DNA of 64,000 bases from Oikopleura dioica (GCA_907165135.1 OU015569.1:11718001-11782000); one strand, 5' to 3'. Counted from the first letter of the stretch, positions 47,085 through 59,607 are shown. Notes: generated from the sequence alone by a model not told the origin. Numbers and translations: made by a program.

Positions 47085-47560
47085 GTCTTTAGAGCAATTT
47101 TAAATCTTACGATCACTTTTTCTCGAAAATTTTCCATTAAATCGGTCGAGTTTTTTTGATAAATTAAAAATTTGGACCTTTCTCTACATTCCTAGGGTCT
47201 AAAGTTAAATAGATTCCAATTATTTATGATTCTAGCGCCATTTTTATGAGGCTTACTTGAGTAAGCCGAAGCGTCAGACAGCGCTCTGGTTTGCTGCGCT
47301 GGGCGCCCTCCTCTATCGCGCGGTGAGGCTGGCATGTGAAAGAGCGCGCTGATTGGTCGAGCGCCCTGAACGCAGCATTTATGAAAAAGAAAAGCCAAAA
47401 AGAAGAAGACGCTAGAATGAAAATTTGCTCGGGTTTTGAAATTTTGAGGCCCTAGGAAGATAGATTAGCAGTTATCTATAATAATACACGGTTTAGTTTT
47501 AGCGATTTAATCGAAAAATTTCGAGAAAAAGTGATCGTGAGATTTCAAATTGCTCTAGAG
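47085..47560. mobile_element. Foldback MITE inside the composite element
   Basis: AGAGCAATTTTAAATCTTACGATCACTTTTTCTCGAAA is inverted to TTTCGAGAAAAAGTGATCGTGAGATTTCAAATTGCTCT; there is an inner CCTAGGGTCT / GGCCCTAGG pair. Confidence 0.7.
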
Positions 47561-47901
47561 TAGGGTCCGGCAAGTGGTTTGGGGTGGTCAACTTGAAGCG
47601 GTCTTATATATACCCTCGTGATCCCTATGATCTGGGGATTATAAAAATGTATGACTCATCACCATACGAGTTGGGAATAGGATTCTAGAGTCATTTGAAG
47701 TTCTAAAAATGAATTTTTGTTTTCTCTTTTGTTAAAGATAAGTGCCCAAGGGGGTTTTAAGGCACGCAGATTTCAAAAAATATTGTCTCAAAAGCGCCCG
47801 AGGGCATTTTTCATTTATATCAGACGAAAAATATATTTTTTTGATTTGGAAAAATGATCAAAAACTTTCGTTATTTTCAACGCTTTTTAAAAAATTGCGA
47901 T

Positions 47902-49494
47902 GGGGCCCGAAGGGCCGTTTCCCCCCCTTCCCTGGCTTTTAATTAAATTTGGGCTTGACGGCCCGAAGGGCCGTTTCCCTCCCTTCCCTGGCTTTTAATT
48001 AAATTTGGGCTTGACGGCCCGAAGGGCCGTTTCCCCCCCTTCCCTGGCTTTTAATTAAATTTGGGCTTGACGGCCCGAAGGGCCGTTTCCCTTCCCTGGC
48101 TTTTAATTAAATTTGGGCTTGACGGCCCGAAGGGCCGTTTCCCCTTCCCTGGCTTTTAATTAAATTTGGGCTTGACGGCCCGAAGGGCCGTTTCCCCTTG
48201 CCTGGCTATTAATTAAATTTGGGCTTGACGGCCCGAAGGGCCGTTTCCCTTCCCTGGCTTTTAATTAAATTTGGGCTTGACGGCCCGAAGGGCCGTTTCC
48301 CCTTCCCTGGCTTTTAATTAAATTTGGGCTTGACGGCCCGAAGGGCCGTTTCCCTTCCCTGGCTTTTAATTAAATTTGGGCTTGACGGCCCGAAGGGCCG
48401 TTTCCCTTCCCTGGCTTTTAATTAAATTTGGGCTTGACGGCCCGAAGGGCCGTTTCCCCTTCCCTGGCTTTTAATTAAATTTGGGCTTGACGGCCCGAAG
48501 GGCCGTTTCCCCTTCCCTGGCTTTTAATTAAATTTGGGCTTGACGGCCCGAAGGGCCGTTTCCCCTTCCTGGCTTTTAATTAAATTTGGGCTTGACGGCC
48601 CGAAGGGCCGTTTCCCTTCCCTGGCTTTTAATTAAATTTGGGCTTGACGGCCCGAAGGGCCGTTTCCCCTTCCCTGGCTTTTAATTAAATTTGGGCTTGA
48701 CGGCCCGAAGGGCCGTTTCCCCTTCCCTGGCTTTTAATTAAATTTGGGCTTGACGGCCCGAAGGGCCGTTTCCCCTTCCCTGGCTTTTAATTAAATTTGG
48801 GCTTGACGGCCCGAAGGGCCGTTTCCCCTTCCCTGGCTTTTAATTAAATTTGGGCTTGACGGCCCGAAGGGCCGTTTCCCCTTCCCTGGCTTTTAATTAA
48901 ATTTGGGCTTGACGGCCCGAAGGGCCGTTTCCCTTCCCTGGCTTTTAATTAAATTTGGGCTTGACGGCCCGAAGGGCCGTTTCCCCTTCCTGGCTTTTAA
49001 TTAAATTTGGGCTTGACGGCCCGAAGGGCCGTTTCCCCTTCCCTGGCTTTTAATTAAATTTGGGCTTGACGGCCCGAAGGGCCGTTTCCCCTTCCCTGGC
49101 TTTTAATTAAATTTGGGCTTGACGGCCCGAAGGGCCGTTTCCCCTTCCCTGGCTTTTAATTAAATTTGGGCTTGACGGCCCGAAGGGCCGTTTCCCCTTC
49201 CCTGGCTTTTAATTAAATTTGGGCTTGACGGCCCGAAGGGCCGTTTCCCCTTCCCTGGCTTTTAATTAAATTTGGGCTTGACGGCCCGAAGGGCCGTTTC
49301 CCCTTCCCTGGCTTTTAATTAAATTTGGGCTTGACGGCCCGAAGGGCCGTTTCCCCTTCCCTGGCTTTTAATTAAATTTGGGCTTGACGGCCCGAAGGGC
49401 CGTTTCCCCTTCCCTGGCTTTTAATTAAATTTGGGCTTGACGGCCCGAAGGGCCGTTTCCCCTTCCCTGGCTTTTAATTAAATTTTGGCTTGAC
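47902..49494. repeat. 53-bp hairpin satellite, about 30 units
   Basis: Same unit as 45543-46557. Confidence 0.97.
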
Positions 49495-50377
49495 ATAGGC
49501 AGGGAACTTAAATGTTCAAGACTGAGTTGATCAATTTCAGTTTTGTCCCTATCCCCGCCCACACCCATTTTTTATTAAATCTGAATTGTTCCAATTTCAA
49601 AAATCGTTATGGTTTTTATATAACCGCATTCTTTTTCAGAACACCGAAATGATTTTCATTATTATTATTTATGTATATTATTATTATGTTATAGTTTATA
49701 ATAATTTTTATGATTAATGTGAAGTTTATTGCATATCGATTACGGCTCTTTAGACCATCTTCAGTGCAAAGAGAACTAGAAAAAGAGGAATTGTAACTCC
49801 TCGTTACTCCTTTCTAAGCAAATATCTTCAAGCAAAAGTCCTCCGGAGGACTTTCCCAAGGCTGAAATATCGTATTTCAACCTCGAAAACCTTAAATATC
49901 TTACGATTCCCAACTCGACAAAGAGTGATTGACACTCCTATTTGTAGATTAGAGTCTGCGCTATTATAATCAAGAAAGTTTTACGCTTCAAGTTGAACTT
50001 TACTGTATTAAATTTTTGATTGAAACTCATAGAAAGGTGAAATTTCGGCGTTTGTTGAACTTTGAACGGGAATTTTTCCAAGAAAACATTGATGAAATTC
50101 TATCAATGATCTCTTAAAATGAAGCTCAGAGTCTGTTCTTTAAGTTAAATGATCAACCGATCAAAATATATGACTACAGTAAAATTTTTCTTAATAAAAA
50201 CAATGATAACCCAAAAAACTCTCAAAAATCCTCAAAATTGCCTGTAAATTTTTTCTAGTTGGGTTTCAAGCTTCACTGTAATGGAATAAAATATGTTTTT
50301 TGACCTGAAGAATTCGATAAAAGTGAAATGGGCTAATAAAAATCTGACCCTCATCCATGCCGGACCCTACTGTAGAC

Positions 50378-50622
50378 ATCAACAATAACGATTTCGGAAA
50401 TTTTTTCAGAATTTTCGAGTTGAAGTTAGTTGTTTATTAAAAGGGGTCGCATCAGGAATTTTGTGATATTTAGCAGTAGAAAATAATGATTCGTTGAAAA
50501 AACTTTTCAAACGCGGTGTTTACAGATTGCTGAAGGAGCTACAGTTGGTCGCGTACTGCTCGCATTTGCTGAATAAGTAGCAAGGAGGATTGACTTCGTC
50601 GTATTTGTCGAAAGTTGGGGAG
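50378..50622 (-). pseudogene. Duplicated 3' fragment of the rhomboid last exon and 3' UTR
   Basis: Matches about 53945-54185 (SPTFDKYDEVNPPCYLFSKC...NL*) and then diverges abruptly. Confidence 0.8.
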
Positions 50623-51961
50623 ATTATTACTATTCTAGAGATTATACTATTCTAGTTTCTATTGTAGCTTTCAACATCAAGATCAAAAACAAGCTCATTT
50701 TCAGCATTTATTAAAAAATTAGTTTCAAGACTGCTGAAATAAGTAACTCTTGGTTTTTCTACTTGACTCAAGCGTAAAAGAAAGATTGTTCACTCTTTCA
50801 AGACACACTTTATTGAATGATCCTATTTGGATCGAGTACAGATAGATCGCGGGGAAAGCAGCTGATAGGAAATGAGAACAGTTGATTCGCGGCGGAAATA
50901 GCCTTATCTATCTAAGCTCAACGGGAGACCGATTGAGGACTTTATGTCACTCATATCACTGCGACTGGTAAAAGTTGTTGAGAATTGCGACTGTTGAGGA
51001 GAAGAGCAGGAATCCGGTGATTCTCTAAAGATGATGTTATTTACATGTTGTACACAGTTATTAATAATCAAATTTTTCAAAAGTTCACTTACATTGAGTC
51101 GTTCTCTTTTTATCTGTTTTTCACGTTGCTTTTCTTCCATTTCCAAACAGAGTTCTGAAATTGAGAGGTTGAATTTAATGCTTTTTATTATGATATAAGT
51201 TAACTCAAATGAGTTATTACAATTTTTTTGCATTCAGAATGCTATTTGATTATAATCAGGCTAAATCTTTGAGTATCTTTCGAACATATAACTCAGCGAC
51301 ATCTTACCTTTGGACATCGACATTAAAATTTCATCCACAAGACAATCAATCTCACATTCGCTGCGGTTTGCTGACCATTGAGTGAAGGAGATCATGGATT
51401 CAACGCTTGATAAGAGTTCAAAAATCTGCGCGTATATACTATGGATATTTGCTAATTTTAAAAATTGAAGATAAGAGTATTCGTGTAGCATTACATATGC
51501 AGCTAATTAAATAATCATTCTGAACTCTGGCTGGAGAAGGTTCTGATGATGGGTGCTTCCGGTTGTTCGACTTCTATCCCTTTGTGTTCTTCTTCTTCGC
51601 TCACAAATTTTTCTTTTTTCTTGATAGAAAAAAGAAATTTTGTTTTTTTTGGCGTTCTTCCCCTAAAAAAGTATTTAAAATAATCCTGCTTTGATATATT
51701 TCTTACGATGGACGAGGGCTGGTCAGGCTACTCTCCGTAGTGGGACCCTTGCAGATAAAACCACGCATGTCTTGAGGTCCTTCAGAAGATATCTTGAAAC
51801 GCTTACAACAAAAAAAGCCTTACCGTAATTGTCTTGAAGTTAAAACTGATTTTTTAAACAAAAACATATTCTATATTAAAACGAGTTCTAGAAACTTTTA
51901 ATAAAAATAACCAAAGTCATCCCTTTCAAAGAATTAAAACAAGAAAAGAATCACCAACCAG

Positions 51962-52356
51962 CTGGGGTCGGCATCGGTACACGGTGCACGGTGCAATTGC
52001 ACCGCACCGATGCACCGATTGCACCGATTTTTCGGTGCGGTGCGGAGCGGTGCACGAAATGGGATTGCACCGATTGCACCGATTTTCTGTTTTCCTTAAC
52101 AAACTTAGCCTAAAACTTAACTAAAACTCTTGATTCTGCTTTCAAACTCAATTCTATCATCGAATGTTTGTTAGGTGAAAGATTTGGAAGCATTAAGACA
52201 GTTTTTTCTCGAAGTTCTCTAATTTTATTTTAATCGGGACAGTCGGTGCAATCGGTGCAATCGGTGCGGTGCGAAACGGTGCAATTGTCCCTCGAAAATA
52301 AATCGGTGCGGTGCGGTGCGGTGCACCATCGACCGTTGCACCGATGCCGACCCCAG
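51962..52356. mobile_element. CTGGGGTCGGCA-ended MITE filled with TGCAC(C)G repeats
   Basis: TIR CTGGGGTCGGCATCGGT / ACCGATGCCGACCCCAG and perfect TSD CCAACCAG. Confidence 0.92.
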
Positions 52357-52464
52357 CCAACCAGGATATTTATTACATAAAACAAACACGATGTAGTGGG
52401 AAAAAACAGCTGTTTTGTATAAAGGCCTTTAATTTCCATTCTCTTCCTTGATTTTTTCAAAAAC

Positions 52465-53728
52465 ATGAAGCTTTCTTTATCAATTTTACTTGCCTCAAGT
52501 TCTGCTCAATGCCCTGACGAAAGTCTAGGAGACCTTTGCTTTGAGAGTTGCGCTGATACGAAGGAAGGATGCGTTTACAAGTGCGATGATGCCGACTATA
52601 CCTGCGAAACGCGGTGTTTGGCGATCGAAACCGAGTGCAGAATCGCCTGTCCTTGCAGCAGTGGCTGCCCAAGTGGTTGTTCTGGCTGCTCTAGTGAGTT
52701 CTGCGGAAACGGAAACTTGTTGATTATGGACGACAACTGGAAAGAAAGACGCGTCGGGTACAATTTAAACATGGCTACGAACAGTATTCAAGTCGCAAAT
52801 GTCAATTACGAGTAAGTCCCTCTCAATCAATGCTTTCTTTGTCCAATTTACAGGCACCCAGTTGACTTCTCAATGGAAGATACATGCACAGTCGTCTTTC
52901 ACGGAAAAACTCATTTCTTCGGTGGATTCCGGAATCCGCGCCGATTCGCGACGCTTCAAAACTGCCGAGTTGTTCCGAATTCTTATGGACTCAGATATCC
53001 CCACATTGATGGAATCTACGGCTCTTGCGCAGGTTAAAATTCAATGATGATTTTATTCTCAAAAGAAACTTCTAGTGCACGCAAATGCTGTCTTCATGTG
53101 TTTCGGTAACGAAAGCGCTCCTCTCGCAAATCGATGTCAAATGTGGAGAGAAGGACAAGAAGGAATCGACGAGCCAACGACTGCGAATGAACACGACTGG
53201 GCGGCGATGATTTCTTTCAACAAAAAATTACTCGTCGTTGGCGGCTGCTCCAAGAACGGACCTGGCTGCAACGGCGCCGTAGAGACCTACCAGGCAGGAG
53301 ACTACGATGGCTGGACTAGTTTGACTGCTCATCCAGCGACGGCGGGTATCTTCGGACACGGATTGACAACTGACGGAGAATCGGTTTTCCTTTTTGGCGG
53401 CATGACCAAGTCTCTCGGAGCCGACAGCTACAATCAATCCATCTGGCGATTCAGAAACAACACTGTAAGTAGCGATCATTTCGAAAAAATTGTGAGAGAC
53501 GATCTTTAGTGGTCGGAAATCGGAACTCTCCAACAAGTATCTAGCGGTGCAGTTGTCTCAACCGCCTTTCAAATGGGTCGATTCGCGTTTTCCGGCGAAA
53601 TCTACCTTGAAAGATTCAACCTCGTCGGCGACAACGTCCAATCAACGAGAATCAACGCTCCTGACATTGATGACATGGAAATGTACTACTCCTCATTTTT
53701 GTATACAGACGAACCTATTTGCCTTTGA
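52465..53728 (+). CDS. Cys-rich N-terminal plus kelch-like beta-propeller secreted protein, copy 2 (intact)
   Basis: Signal peptide, CPCSSGCPSGCSGC motif, and GG-containing blades (THFFGG, LLVVGG, VFLFGG); three GT-AG introns join in frame. Confidence 0.8.
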
Positions 53729-54082
53729 TTTCAAAAGTGAAGTGAAGAAATAAAGCTAAGGAAACCATTAAAAGTTTTGCTCGTAAAATGAATCAGCTGC
53801 AAAGAATGAACCCAGAAACGGGTCGTTTCGTTAGTTTTTTCTCGTCTGCTTTTTTACGATCATCGGAGCAGCGCGATCAGCATTTCCGCTTACTTTTTTA
53901 AATGTCAAAGTCAAGAGCGCTAAGAGCGGTAAGAGTCTGTAGACATTAACAATAACGATTTCGGAAATTTTTTAAGAATTTTCGAGTTGAAGTTGTTTAT
54001 TAATAGAAGTCGCATCAGCAATTTCGTGATATTTAGCAGTAGAAAATAATGATTCGTTGAAAAAACTTTTCAAACGCATTCT

Positions 54083-55496
54083 TTACAGATTGCTGAAGGA
54101 GCTACAGTTGGTCGCATACTGCTCGCATTTGCTGAATAAGTAGCAGGGAGGATTGACTTCGTCGTATTTGTCGAAAGTTGGGGAGAAAATTTGCCATCCA
54201 AGGGCGAAAAGGACGAAACCACCGGAAAGAGCTGAATTTTGTTTAATTATTCTGAAGAGACTTTTTCTTTTGCGTACCCATAAGAACGTAGCTTGCGTTT
54301 TTTTCCCAATCATTGTCAGAGTTGAAGTTTTTGAGACACGCCATGGATACACCAAGTCCAACGATGGCACCGCCGAGATGAGCACCGCATGAAACGCCGC
54401 TACTAGCCAACGATCCAAAAATCGCGTTGAAAAGATCTGATCCAATGAACAGAACTAAAATAATTATTTGAAAAGATACGTAACGTGACTCATTCTCTTA
54501 CGAAGAAAAATAAGTCGCATATATTTGGTGAAGGGGTTCTTCATACTGTCCCAGTTCAAGATCATGTTGCCAAGGTAGCCGAAAATAAGAGCGTAGTCAC
54601 CGCCTGAAGCTCCAACAAGAAGTTTTCCAGGAGAGATGATTCCAGCTTATAGGCGTTTTTTTATCATTCATTTCTTTCCCGAAAAATACCTGTAAGTCCT
54701 CCAGCCAAGGCGCCGGCGCCGTAGATCCTTATCACATCCCAACTTCCATGCACCATCTAAAGGGGATGAAAAAACCTGGCGATCATCTAGACACAGATAT
54801 TAGGGGCCCAAATTTAGGGCACAAACCAAGAAAAGGAAGTGATTTTTTGGATAGCCAATAAGATTGCTGTACTTGGCCTACCGGCCAATCAAAACCCAGA
54901 CCCAGAAAATCACTTCCTTTTCTTGGTTCTGCCCGATATTAGCCCATATTTACCTCCAAAAGGGATCCAATGCCGATCTGGAAGAGGAGGTTGAAAGTTA
55001 TATGGCAGATTCCAGAATGCGTAAAAGAGTAAGTAAAGAATCTCCACACTTCTTCCCGGTGATAAGGCGAGTAGATAAATGGGGAGCATAAGATATTCCT
55101 GAGAATAAATTTTCAGCATGCATTCTTCTTGCGTTCGTCTACTTACTTGTTAAAGCCAGCGATATTGTGGGTCGGGTCAGTAGCAACGAAATAGATATAG
55201 AAACCGATATGGATGGCGCTCATGATCAGCGTGAAATAAGGAAAGTTTCCGTCGGTATCGTTTCTGCATGTCAAATCACAAGGATCCATGGTTTTGTTGT
55301 ACGCAGGATCTTTGGATCTATGTTAGCCAGAGATGACTTTTCTGAATAGCTTGCCTGTTGCATGGAGAACATGTTTTTTTGACTTGATTCCCAGGTCATC
55401 CAGTAAACTAATCATTTTGTTCTCGCAAGAAATGCAACAATCACAGCATGCTGGTTCCTCTTCATCTGCTGGTTTTCCTGCTTCGTATTCTGCCAT
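54083..55496 (-). CDS. Rhomboid intramembrane serine protease (RHBDL1/2/3-like)
   Basis: EVWRFFTYSFTHSGICHITFN, catalytic VGASGG and AHLGG; exons join in frame. Confidence 0.92.
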
Positions 55497-57495
55497 TTTT
55501 CGGTTTTGATTCGCACTTATTAACGCACAATAATTCACGGGTAAATTATCTGAAGATCAAATTTATGTTTTCATCAAAATCTCATGAAAAATATTGGCCG
55601 TACAAAAGAATAAATACAGAAGCAGTAAATAAGGTAGCACGCTTGAAACTTTAAAAGATCTTCGTAATTAAAGATTATTTTATTTTATTGTTCAAAATCA
55701 GATGAGCTAACGAGCTTACAACTTCATGCAATTTCGACCAGCCAATTTTGGATCAAAATTTTCTTTTTCTTTTTGACTAACTTTTCTATAGCATAACCTC
55801 TATGCTCTTTCTGGTGGTGGTCTCAGATTCTTCAAAATTTCAACTAAGGTGACGAGTCCGTTAAATGAAAAAATACCGTCAAAAGCTCCTCAAGATCAAA
55901 AGCTCATTTTCGTCAAGCCACACTACTTATTGTGCAAAATTCTTGAACTTGAAGATCAAAGAAGCCTGACAACGATCGAAATGCTCTGTTTTATAAAATT
56001 TAGTTTTGCATAAAATATTTCAGAAAATATTTCATCCAAGACCTCTTTCGTTTTTTTTTCCTGGATTTAGAATATAAATCATAGCTTCTATTGAATTCTA
56101 GCGATGGAAAAGAAGGTGCTCTTTTTTACGAAATAATCTCTGCAAAAGGCACAACTTGCTGGTGCGTTCGTATTACGAGCCGCTCATAATTGTATCGGCA
56201 GCATAACTCAGACTAGAGGTAGTAGGTTCTTTGATAGCTGGCAAAGCTTTTAGCAATCGCGCACCGCCATCTACACTCGTTTAAGAGCCTAGCGTTTTTT
56301 GAGAACTCGGAAAATCTTGCCATCCGATTCTCATAAAAATGCTTTCCAATCTTCGTCTAAATGCCAGTGAGACAGGACGTGCCCAAATTTGCATATGAAG
56401 CAATTTGTAAAACTCATAAAAATTATCACTCAGTAATTAATTCCATAATTCTCTTCCTTGATTTCTGCCTGAAAAACAATTGACAATTCAATTTTAACAG
56501 ATGCTCTAACAAATGAAATAATAGGGTGTCAGAGTGTCAGTATATTAAACTATCACTTAGAAACTCCCATTGAACTTAGCTTTCTTCTTTCTTTTTTTCT
56601 TCAGAAAGTAAATTAACGCTGTGGTCAGCCGAAAAAGGAGCCTTCAAAAGAATCCATCAATAATTGACTGTTTTACTGAGTCTCAACTTGAGAAGACCCT
56701 CAAGTCCGTCGTTACTAGCAAAAGATTTGAAAGACCTTTATTTTCTGCTGAGAAAATAGCTTTAAGCTATTTAATAAATCCGTTGGTAAAAGGGCAGACG
56801 TTATTTAATGTCGACCGCGAAGTAGTAATTTATTGAGCCAGGCAATCATAAACGATGTTTTCATTCCGACTTTTGCGAAGAGTTGGATCTCTAATCTTTT
56901 AACGACCTAAGCCAATAATTCTTCGGAATAACTTCGGCTTTCTATAAGATAAAGGGCTAAATGAAGTCGATGATGCCTTGATGCTGCTAAATCAATGATA
57001 GAAATGAGAATCAATTCTCAAAGAGAATCGAGGAAGAGACCATAAATGAGCTCTGGCTCGTAGAATATCATCTGATTGAATTTTATATTAAGCGATCAAA
57101 TGTATCAGAAAATGGTGCTTCTGACTACTATCCACTGCTACTATCTTTATTATCAGAATCCCTTGAATCTCTACATTGTAGACTCTACAATGTAGAGTCT
57201 ACAAATTTCTCGATATTTTTGGAACCTCCGAATTCGGACGTTTAGCTTTTTCTAAGTTTTCTCTAAAATTTTTTTGGGTCAGAGCCACACCTAAATTAAC
57301 CTAAGTTCTAGTCGTTTTTTTTTTTTTGCAATCAACGAGAATTTCTTTTGATAACCGTCTAACTTTTTATATTTAATTTTCATTAATTTTTTCATTTTAG
57401 GGTCGCCTTACTAAGTTTTGCTTATCGTTTTGCTGAAGCGAACGGAGCTTAGTGTAAAAGTGAAAGAATCAACAAGATTATGGTTTGATATTTTT

Positions 57496-59074
57496 TTATT
57501 TGTTTGGATTGTATCTGTACATAGACCGTTGTTCGAATTTCAATGCAATAGTCGTCGCTCGCTTCTTTCCAAGAATTTTCTGCACTTGTTCGAAGTCAGA
57601 AATTGGTCGTGCTTCGCGGATTCGCTTGGAGTAAGTCGGGCCGATGCCGGTGAGCAAATCGTCAAAGCAGCTAACGATGTTGAGAAAGTCGACAAACGCT
57701 TTGTGGGAAGAAGTATCGCCCTCGATCTCTCGGAGATGTGCAATTATGGTCTCGAACATGGCGAGATCCTGTTCGAATAGATCATCAGGCTGGCTGGGTC
57801 CGCATTGCCAAGGATCCAATATGGCCCATACTCTCGGTGGGTGAAGGCGCCAAGCCGAGGCAGGGAGATGCAACGTGGCCACCGCCAAATGCTAACTCCC
57901 GCAGAGGCAGCACCTCGGCACAACTCGAGGGTGGTGAGGCCACTCTCAGCATGTGATGGCTGAGCTGATGGTCAAACATAATGAGCGAGTTGAGCAGATC
58001 AAGCTCAACCCCCGGATGAGCCGCAAGTTTGGAGATAAGGAGTCCAAGAAATTAAATACTCTTAAAACATCGCATGTGGGGTTTTTTGATGCGAGGAATC
58101 CGAATCTGATGTCAAAAATGATTTTTAATGTCCAGTTTTCAAAGGGCAGTGATTTACGCTAGATTTCCTGCCCTTATAAAGGTATTTCCTCGATCCTGTA
58201 ATTAACTACATGGGACAGATCGGCTCTCGGACAGCAGGTGAGTTTCGCCGCGGTTGATCGGATAAATGTAAAAGTTTCAGTAAATACTAATGACTTCTCC
58301 TTATACCATTAAAATTGACTTGAAAAATCCATAAGTGCAGTCGACTACATCTTCTGTTCCATGTTAATGAATCCTGGAGGACAGGAATCTTTGGACAGGA
58401 ATCTCGCTTACATTACTGCCCTGTTAAAACTAGACATTTTTGACATCAGATTCGGATTCGTCGCATCAAAAAACCCTACTAGAGAAACTTTCAGTCAATT
58501 CAATTTTTTCCCTCCATATCTCCAAATTTGCAGCTCATCCGGGGGTCGAGCTTTAATCAGCTCACTTCGCTCATTATGTTTGCACACAGCTCAGCCATCA
58601 CACGCTGAGAGTAGCCTCGCCAGCGTCGAGTTGGGCCGAGGTGCTGCCTCTGCGGGAGTTAGCACTTGGCGGTGGTCACGATGCATCTCCCTGCCTCGGC
58701 TTGGCGCCTTCACCCACCGAGAGTATGGACCATATTGGATCCTTGGCAATGCGGACTACCCCATCAGGCTGGGTGATTCCTTCGGGAGGGCAGCTTTCTT
58801 TCTTGAGCTTTTCGAGCTCTTTGCTGTATGCTTCTCGTTCCACACGACGTTTCCACTTCAGAGAAATGAGTTTTCTTTCCAACTCGTTGATTTCCGGGTC
58901 CATTTTAGCGATTTGGTCCCACTTCTTTCTGAGGGCGAAGTTATTTTCTCGAAGATGCTGGGTGTACTCTTCCACAGTCTTTGTCTTCTTTGATTTATTC
59001 TTCACTGAATCATCGGTGGCCTTTCGTTTTTCTGGTTGAGTGGTGGTTTTATGGATATCTTGCTGAGTATTCAT
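57496..59074 (-). CDS. Coiled-coil plus helix-hairpin-helix protein, split by a foldback insertion
   Basis: Exon 59074-58760 (basic and coiled-coil) and exon 57789-57496 with FVDFLN...LLTGIGPTYSKRI (HhH-like). Removing the insert and one repeat copy restores a 600-nt ORF. Confidence 0.7.
57794..58761. mobile_element. About 970-bp foldback element with about 400-bp imperfect arms
   Basis: 57798-58180 is the reverse complement of about 58380-58756. An 11-bp direct repeat CATCAGGCTGG lies at 57783-57793 and 58762-58772. The left end is CTGGGTCCGCA. Confidence 0.88.
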
Positions 59075-59607
59075 TTTTATGAAGTTCTATTTTTCACATG
59101 CTTATTTATATCCGCAAGATCAGTTAGATGGCGCTACTTGAAGAAAGCAGATGTTCCAGAGTCTGGACTCCAGATTGTCCGGAACTGAACAAATGACCAG
59201 CCGAGAATAAAAATGCCATCATTTGATGATAACCATCACTATCTACAAAGAGCAATCAAAAAAGAAAAGAACTTGAGTGGACTGTACTTGAGTAGACAAT
59301 ATGATATTGGACCAATATCCTAGTACAGATCCGGCAATAATGTACCTAGAAAGATCAATTTGAGTTTCTTCTCTTTGTGAAATATTGCTAGGGCCGACGA
59401 GCAAAAAATCAACCCCAAGTACCCCTTGATGGAAACGCCCGAAACTTTGTAGAAGTGTTTATTTTAGCCCAATTGAAAAAATTATTATATAATAATAATT
59501 TTATTATTATTATTATTTAACAATTGTATAATATTTATTATATTGCGATACCTCGAAGCTTAGAATAAAAGCGACACCTCTTTGGTAGAAAAATTCACTT
59601 AAAAGCG

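Larger units (their letters stand above)
45198..50369. mobile_element. 5.2-kb non-autonomous hAT-like composite element with a duplicated left end and satellite cargo
   Basis: TIR TAGGGTCCGGCA / TGCCGGACCCTA and perfect TSD CTGTAGAC (45190-45197, 50370-50377). A second left end starts at 47561. The paralogous empty site lies at about 53937-53944. Confidence 0.93.

Noticed and set aside
45383-47942. Duplicated 66-aa ORF (MPKGVLRH...) as a transposase or cargo gene
   Set aside because: It is short, runs into the satellite and has no recognisable domain; it is simply the duplicated element leader.
45543-49494. CRISPR array (palindromic repeats)
   Set aside because: Units are head-to-tail with no unique spacers, no cas genes are present and the context is eukaryotic.
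50904-51491. AT-rich minus-strand ORFs between the duplicated units
   Set aside because: Interrupted by stops and without recognisable domains; could be decayed sequence, but I cannot support a call.
58361-58993. 210-aa plus-strand ORF
   Set aside because: It crosses the element boundary and is antisense to the coiled-coil exon; no coherent protein features.
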